This document shows, in pieces, positions 55,401 to 64,000 of a stretch of 64,000 bases of DNA. The stretch lies in NCBI RefSeq assembly GCF_009914755.1, contig NC_060927.1, one strand, 5' to 3'. Both the position numbers and the translations under genes were made by a program. This DNA is from the human T2T-CHM13v2.0 reference genome, Homo sapiens. The notes under the pieces were generated by a model. That model ran no database searches and was not told the DNA's origin. It worked only from the letters and a program-made list of their open reading frames with translations. The stretch's first letter is position 1; each line of letters begins with the position of its first letter.

Positions 55401-56212
55401 TCAGTATACAAAACAAGAGCTGAAGTAGAATTATTTAATAATAGATCAGGTCCTGTTGAAGAGAGAATTTGGAATTTGTGAACTAAATATATCAGGACAA
55501 AATATCCAGAACTTTGTACAGTGAAAAAAAGGATGAGGAGTTCAGGAATCAGTCCAGGAGATACGAGACATAGAGTGAGAAGGTCCAGAAGGAGAGGAGA
55601 GACCACACGATAGAACATATACATAAAAATGTAACTTTGAGAAAATTTAAAAACTGATGAAAGATTTTAAGCTATGTATTCAAGAGGCCCTCCATCTCCA
55701 ATCAAGAGAAGTAAAAAGAAACACAGAGATATACTTGGAACACGTAGACAAAGAATTGAAAACCAGAGATAAAGAAATAACAATGCCAAAAATTTTGGAG
55801 AAAAGGACAGACGACACTTATAGAAGCAAGAGAGTGACAGCAAACTTTCCAACAACAAAAACAATGGAAGCAAGAGAGCAATGACAGAATGTCTTCTAAG
55901 CAGAAAATTCATTACTGAAAACCTAGACTTCTATTTATATCCAGAGAAAATATTCATCACGAATACATGTAAATTAATGATGTTTTCAAATAACAAAAAC
56001 ACAACTTGTCATCTGTGGTTGCGTTTCAAGGAACATACCAAGTTATTTTTCAGGAAGAATATATCTGACACTAAGGAGTAGTTCAGCTAATGGAAAGGAA
56101 TGAAGGACAATGAAAGTTTTAAACATATGGATAAATATAACTTAGTATTGACTATCATAAGTAACATTGTATTGTTCATTCATTGATGGTTTATTAAAAT
56201 AGATTTGGACAA

Positions 56213-56540
<328 letters not shown>

Positions 56541-58184
56541 TAGTTGTATTATTAGGAAAAAAAGTAAATATAATTAATTATTGAGATATACATATTCTAG
56601 GATAAGCAGTAAATAGTAAAATAATGCACAAATGTGCTAATGGAAGGAAACTATTCCACTAAAAATATTATTTGGTCAAAACCAAAGAAGGTTAAGAAAA
56701 TGAAGAATTAAAAAGAACATAGAACAGACAGAATAAATATGGAAAGCAAATAGCAAAATGGTAGATTTAAGACAAAATATGTCTATAAATGGATGAATTG
56801 CTCCAAATAATAGATAAGTACTGTCAAGTATGCATTTTAAAAAAAATCTCCTACATGCTCCTTACGTGAGCTACATCTAAAATATAAAGGTAATCTAAGA
56901 TTTAAAATAAACAGGAGGAAAATATTTACTATGCAAACAATAATCAAAAAAGCAGGTGTAACTATTTTAACGTGGGAGGGTGGTTGACTTTTAGGGAAAA
57001 GGCTATAAGAAATGCAAGGAAACTTTCACAATCACAAAAGGTTGGGCTCACCAGGAAGACGCAACAATTTTAAATTGGTATGCAACAACAACAACAGCAA
57101 CAAAAGTCTTTGCTTAAGACAGTAAAAGGTCAAGCCAGAGTTGAAAAAAAAGATGTTTGTAACAGATAAACTCAAAAAGACTCTTATCTTAAATGTATAT
57201 TAACTACTATAAAATAATAGCAAAAGCCTGACAATCCAAAAACATTGGTCAAGGTATGTGAATAAGCTATTTACAAGATAGGTTATCCCCACAATGAGAA
57301 ATATATGAAGGAGCACTCACTCTCATTGCTACTTAGATAAATAAAAATTAAAATCTCTGCAAGATAACTCTATGTTCCTACCTGAAAAACTAATGAAGAA
57401 ATCTGAAAGCAGTGTTGTTGAAAATCCAGTACAATAGGAACACTAATACTCTGCAAGTACGAGTGTAAAATGCTAAAATATATTTTTGATTCAACAATTT
57501 ATAAAATATAAATATTTTTCCTATGTTAATATCTTTTTTTACCTTGAATAATATATAACTTAATATATATAAGGAAATTAGTATATATCCTCTTTTTCCC
57601 ATTCCATTTTCATATCAACTTTTATGCATTATATCTACTAAAGGTGTGCATATACATCTTCTTTGAGCCAGGAATCCCCTAGTAGATTTAGACCCAAAAG
57701 AAATAAGCACATTTGTACCAAGAGACATGTATGAGAATACTCAAAGAGAAGCTATATTCTTCATAGCCAAAATCTGGAAACCACTTATGGGTCCATTAGG
57801 AGTAGAATTGGTAAATAAAGTCTGGGCTATTCATACAATAGAATACTATGCGATACTGAAACTAAATGAAATCATCTATTGGCAACATGATGGCAGGTAA
57901 ACCTGGGGACTCTGAAGGCTCACTTACTTCCCTCTTTTGGTAACTTAGCAGAGAGTTGGCTTACTCAGACTAAGAAATCTGGAGACCGGGAAGTTGATTT
58001 CAATATACCTGCCATTTAAGACTGTTCCCTTAAATGGGCCCTTGGTGTGCAGACTTTGCCACAAGAGCTGCTTAGTTCCTGGTATTGTTCCTGGCCTTAG
58101 GACCCCTCACTATAGCTCTTGTTACTTACAGAAGGACAGTATTCCCTACTCTATTTTCAGCTAGCCTATAAAAAAAGCAAGGTG

Positions 58185-58383
58185 AGCCACCATGGTAGTG
58201 AATGCCTGTAGTCCTGCTACTGGAAAGGCCAAGGCAGGGAGATCACTTGTGCCCAGGAGTTCAAAGCTGTAGTTCATCATGACTGCACCTGTGAACAGCC
58301 ACTGTGCTTCAGCCTGGGCAACACAGCAAGACTCTGTCTCTAAAATAAACAAACAAACAAACAAACAAACAAACAAATAAAGC
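58185..58383 (+). mobile_element. FAM (fossil Alu monomer, 7SL-derived) with (AAAC)n tail
   Basis: gcacctgtgaacagccactgtgcttcagcctgggcaacacagc retains the 7SL-type cctgtgaatagccactg segment. Confidence 0.8.
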
Positions 58384-59059
58384 AAAGAGGTGTGGGGAAC
58401 CATTTGTGTTGTCTCTTGCTGTTTTTTTGTTGCATGCCTGGCCTGCTGGCCAAACCTGAACTTTTCTGCTTAAATTTTGGTCACAATACACGCAGAACAT
58501 GTAGCCCCTGCTTATGCTTCTAAAAATATAAGCATTCATGAGACTGCTTGTGCTTTCCCACTTCTCTGGATGTTAAGTTTCCCCCCTAGTATACCCTATG
58601 TTATATCCACACTGTATGTGATTAGAGTTTCATAGCTGTAATGCACTTGCCTGCCATAGCAACATGGAGAAAACTTATATGCATAATGTTAAGCAAAATA
58701 AGCCGCTCACAAAAATATACAAATGGGATTATACTGTTTACATAAGTTCTAAAACAAGCAAAGCTAAATTATAGTATTTGACATCAAGATATCTGTGCCT
58801 CCAGAAAGGGGAGAATGAGTAGCGATTGATTGTGGGCACAAAGGGAGCCCTAGGGTGCCAATAATGTACTAATTTTTGATCTATGGTGGTTACATGTATG
58901 GTTGATGTGACGATTCATTCATTAGTGTATACATCTTCAGTGCATTTTTACCTTGGCATCAAAAGATGCTGTTTGAAGTTAATACATTAAACAATAAGGT
59001 TTTAAGTATATTTAGCATAACAAACATGTTGCAGAGACTATTTTTGCTCACTAAATATT

Positions 59060-59365
59060 CCCTGCTTTTGTCTACTTTTCCCAGCCTGACTTGCAGTTAA
59101 TTTTGAGACTTGTGAGCAGAGTAGACAGTGAGCAGAATTAGTGTGTGCCACTTCTGGGCTGAGGCTTTTAAGACCTAGTGTCTTCTTGTGTCTTTCTTTT
59201 CTACTGCCATGGTGTCCTTGGAGGCCACATATTCCAGATGATGTCACTTCCAGATGGAAGGAGGCTTCCCAACCCCCATCAATCTTTATGTGTGTGGGAA
59301 ATGAACCTGTGTTGCATTAAGCAGCTGAGATTTTTCTTTAAGAAACCAGAACTAATTACCTTAAT
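59060..59365 (+). mobile_element. Old MaLR LTR (MLT1I/J-like)
   Basis: tgtgtgccacttctgggctgaggc...aaatgaacctgtgttgcattaagcagctgagatt. Confidence 0.65.
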
Positions 59366-60376
59366 ACCAAATGTCAACATTACAAACCATAAACAAATCA
59401 ATACAAATTGGTGGTTAAAAGGAACAGGATAAAAGGATATATACTGTTTTCCCTTACTACTCAGGGTAAGGAGTAAAATATATTAATATAGAAAACTTTT
59501 ACACAATTTTATTTTAAAAGTTACTGTTAGATAAAGCATATGTCTTTCAAATTATATGAAACATCTACAAAGAAAAGATCGTTTTTTTGTGTATGCATAG
59601 AATGTATATGGAAAAAAAACACAAGAAAATATTAACATTGGTTGTCTCCAGATATAGGAACATGTGAATGTATTAAATGTACAAGCCATGAATAAGAATT
59701 ACATTTATGAAATGTTATAGCCAATTTCAATAGAAATAATAAAGCATTTTCTTTAGATATGCACTTTGCATTTAAAAAATTATTTGCAATGTTTATTGAA
59801 GTACCACCTTAAATATGTCAGTCTATCCTTCCTAAAATGGTCTTGAAAATATCAGTGAAGTATAGATAGAGAGATAAGCAGCATCTGATTTTATATCTGG
59901 TCTCAGGAAGTGGTTAATTCAATTTATCAAATACTCCAGATTCAATAAGTAAAGCATTACATGACAAACTCTGCTGTTTTCTTTCTTTCGTGACAGCTCA
60001 CATGCTCCATGAAGTTAACGTTTCCAAGGTTCTGTGAGATTTCACATGCAAGGGTAGGATTCCTTTTTTTGGACCATTCTTATTTCTTCCAGATAAAATT
60101 TAGTGATAGTATTAATTCTGGAAGCAGAAAAGGGTAAATGAAATATAAACAGAATTTTATGAATAATATAATGGTTTTGACTTTGCCTCGGTGAAGACAT
60201 AAAATAGACATTTAAATATATGTTGTACTCTGTCAGAGTTTGATCTTCCAATTCAACACAGTATTCTCAAATTCACTCCTTTGCCAGGGAACCAAATATA
60301 CATTTTATGTGTGTATCTCCCACCATAAAAATGACCTTAGCAGATCAATGATAAGTTCTTCAATAACCAGACTCTT

Positions 60377-60507
60377 TTATATATATATATATATATATAA
60401 TATCTTTATATATATATAAAATATCTTTATATATATATAAAATATCTTTACATATATATAAAATATCTTTACATATATATAAAATATCTTTATATATATT
60501 TTATATA
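60377..60507. repeat. (TA)n-derived 21-bp minisatellite (aaaatatctttatatatatat), about 5 copies
   Basis: direct inspection. Confidence 0.9.
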
Positions 60508-61273
60508 CAGTGAGGAAAATATCAGCCATACTTTCATATGATCTTATCAATACTTTCTATAGATACCTCCCCTTGGGATAATAATAACTGCACCACTCAT
60601 AAAGACACTTTTAGTAATGTGCCTTCAAAATGCATTTTAATCGTGAAAGCATGCATTGAATTTTTAATATTATAAAACTTGGAGAACATACTGTCCTCTT
60701 CAACACTTTTCTTGACTTTAAATAGCCTTTGGACTCTTGAAAAAGTTAAGCCTAAGTCACATTATGACTAGATGATTTAGTTTAAACTCATATGAAAGCC
60801 ACTTCATCCCCTTCATCATCCTGGCTGCCCTTTTCTGACCCTTCTCAACTCTATTACATTTGTCTGATGATGTGGTGTTAGTTCATAGCTTGATTGAGGT
60901 GTTTATTGATTTCAGCTACTGCTCTCTACTATATATAAATAAGTCTAAAAGTGAGAAGGTTTAAATTTGATAATGAAAGAGAAGGTTATTTCATGACATC
61001 CACGATTTCTTTGATGGTTTATCTGATGGGCTGTCAAAAGAGGGCATATCCAGAAAACTCAGCACCTATGAAAGAAAATGACCCAGCCAGTGGAGTCCAG
61101 AGATACAGACCTAGGAATTCATAATCTCTAATGGGGAACTGAAAGATTGTTTGAGATGGTATTTTCATTTCTTTCACATAAGAGTAAACATTTGAGAGAG
61201 AAAAGGCTTGCAAGAAGTGAATAGTTGAACATGAACACGCTTTACACACACACACACACACAAAAAAAAAAAA

Positions 61274-61604
61274 CAGTTACATGTTACTTAATGACAGGAG
61301 TTTGCTCTAGGAAATGCATAGGTCATTTTGTCATTGTGCAAATATCACAGAGTGCACTTACACAAACCTATATAGTGTAGCCTACTACACACCTAGGTTA
61401 TGTGGCACAGCCTATTGTTCCTAGGCTGCAGACCTATACAACATATTACTGTACTGAATACTATAGCCAGCTGTAATACAATGGTTAACTATTTGTGCAT
61501 CTAAACATAGAAAATGTGCAGTAAAATATATTATAAGCTTATGAGACAATTGTTGCATACGCAGTTCATCATTGACCAAAATGTTGTTATGTGGTTCATG
61601 ACTG
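61274..61604 (-). mobile_element. Tigger3a (MER7A)-like DNA transposon
   Basis: cagttacatg...ttcatgactg termini; reverse-homologous to the ends of the 28228-29411 element. Confidence 0.88.
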
Positions 61605-61608
61605 TATA

Positions 61609-62130
61609 TGTTTTCTGTATTCACTGAAAGCAGACCCCAAAACAAAGGGTTTAATACAGATAGTTTATTTAAAAAGTGATCCAAGGAATCATGAGTGACA
61701 AACATAGGGAAGTAGAAAGAGAAGGGAGCAGGGTAAGACAGGAGGATGTGTAATCCAATTTGCACCTGTTACGTGTAACTGGTGCTTGATGTGATTGGAT
61801 GGTCTGAGGAGACTTGTAAAATGTATTTCAGAATAGTTGACCAGGGAGGCAAAAGTGAAAAGCATTTATTTCTTGATTTCAGTTCCTCCATTAAATAAAG
61901 GTTGCCTATTGAACTTGATTTTCCTATCTTTTAAGGTGTCTATAAAAGAGCACTGAGCTGGTTCCCTGGGTGTCCCTCACTGCAGGGTCATAATAACCTT
62001 GGAATAGGAATGAATATTTGTTCCACAAAAGACCAGAGCTGACCCTGTGCTCAACTGTTCAAAGCCTCCTTGGCACCGCTTTGCTGCAACAGTGGCCTGA
62101 GCAAGAGTGGGGCCAAGAGGATTTTATAAG
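61609..62130 (-). mobile_element. ERVL LTR16A-like LTR
   Basis: aagcagaccccaaaacaaagggttt...tagtttatttaaaaagtgatccaaggaa. Confidence 0.55.
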
Positions 62131-62554
62131 CAATCTTGTGTATCTGATAGATTTTTTTATATTATAAAATTAAATACATACCTGATTGTAGTCATTATCA
62201 ATATTTATTGATAATTATTCAAATAATTGATTATTGGAAGGATCCTCGTTATACTTTATAATCTACAGGTGATCTGAAATGTTTTAAAATATTTAATACA
62301 TATACCCTTATTAAATCATTATATTATAAAGTAATAATTAACTGAATTAACCTAATAATATTTTACATTTAGAAGAGTATTAGTGAGTGGATTTTTTTTA
62401 GTATCTGGGATAAGCTAATTGGTCATCTTGGCCATGGACCCTGTTTTCAACACATAAATCCTGATGGAATATTTAGAAAAAGTTTATATATGGCTTTCTA
62501 GCAATTATTAACAATAACTGATAAAATATTAGCAGTTTTAGATGTGTATTCTTC

Positions 62555-62955
<401 letters not shown>

Positions 62956-63354
62956 TGAAGGGTAAAAACAAAGGCTGTGTAAAGACTTCCCTAGTACAAA
63001 GACTTGCTAGAGTGTTTTGGAAAGCTCTAATCTTTAGAAAAGATTATCTCTTACTAATGTGAAAAAGATAATTTATAGCATGAAATTAGATATAAACATG
63101 AGTTTAGAACTGTAGCTAAGTTTGTGCAATGTTCACAATTGTGATGTTGTCTTTATTAAACTTTTTCCACTGGATCTTTGTTATTAATAGTTCTTTTTGC
63201 TCTTTTTCTCACTCTATTTTCACTTTAGTCATTATGGTCCCTGTTAATTCTTTTGTTGTAACTCTTGGTTATTATTTTCATTCTTTATTTGATTTCCTTG
63301 TTTCATTAGTATTTGTTCAATATGTCTCAGATTCTTGCAATTCTGTCCTTACAT

Positions 63355-63829
63355 TTCTTTTTTATCTTTTTAATTTTTAAATTTTATTTTATTTTTATTT
63401 ATTACTATTTTTATATTTTTAAAAATGTTTGTGGGTACGTAATAGGTATATAAATTTATGGGGTACATGAGACATTTTGATACAGGCATGCAATGTGAAA
63501 TAAGCATGTCATGGAGAATGGGGTATCCATACCCTCAAGCATTTATCCTTTGAGTTACAAAGAACCCAATTACACACTTTAAGTAATTTTAAAATGTAGT
63601 TATTGTTGACTATAGTCACCTTATTGTGCTACCTAATAGTAGGTCTTAATCGTTCTTTCTGACTATTTTTTCTGTACCCATTAACCATCCCCACTCCACC
63701 CCACTAAGCTTCCCAGCCTCTGGTAACCATCCTTCTACTGCCTATGTTCATGAGTTCAATTGTTTTTGGCTTTTGGATCCCACAAATAAGTGAGAACCTA
63801 TGATGTTTGCCTTTCTGTGCCTAGCTTAT
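63355..63829 (-). mobile_element. L1MA (L1MA2/3-like) 3' end
   Basis: same family as 25134-25531: tttatggggtacatgag...gagaatggggtatccat. Confidence 0.88.
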
Positions 63830-64000
63830 CACTTCTTGGATTTCTTAAAATTTTGAAGATTTGATTCAGAAACAAATGGATGGATCTACATGTACCACAA
63901 ACAAAATATCATTTCTGTCATTAACCAGTGTTAACATTTCACAGTTAATATGTGTATTTTTATGTGGCCATTTGATATCATACATTCGTGGGCTTGCATA

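Noticed and set aside
55657-55884. 75-aa charged ORF
   Set aside because: Decayed L1 ORF1p fragment, not a host gene
58185-58383. 7SL RNA gene or pseudogene
   Set aside because: Lacks most of the S domain and has an A-rich tail; fits FAM

Overview
This is AT-rich, CpG-depleted primate (human-like) genomic DNA, either intergenic or deep-intronic. I can support no protein-coding exon, RNA gene or CpG island. The listed ORFs are by-products of Alu, L1 or LTR sequence, low complexity or chance; two still show fossil homology (ERVL reverse transcriptase at 51834-52214, L1 ORF1p at 55657-55884). Roughly half the window is recognisable interspersed repeat: about 14 AluS-type copies plus FAM/FRAM monomers, old L1 fragments, MaLR/ERV1/ERVL LTRs, DNA transposons (MER1B, MER8, Tigger3a/b, a MADE1 variant), MIR/L2 and microsatellites. 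Repeat family names come from recalled consensus sequences, so subfamily calls are approximate. The most interesting signal is structural: a set of apparent replication template-switch scars, mostly at (TA)n tracts. The clearest is a 164-bp inverted copy (96% identical) of unique DNA from 1.7 kb away, sitting inside a (TA)n tract and followed 22 bp later by a 102-bp tandem duplication. There are also fold-back inverted repeats around two other TA tracts, a perfect hairpin overwriting part of an Alu, and a MADE1 rebuilt as an extended palindrome. I found no evidence for a novel gene system.
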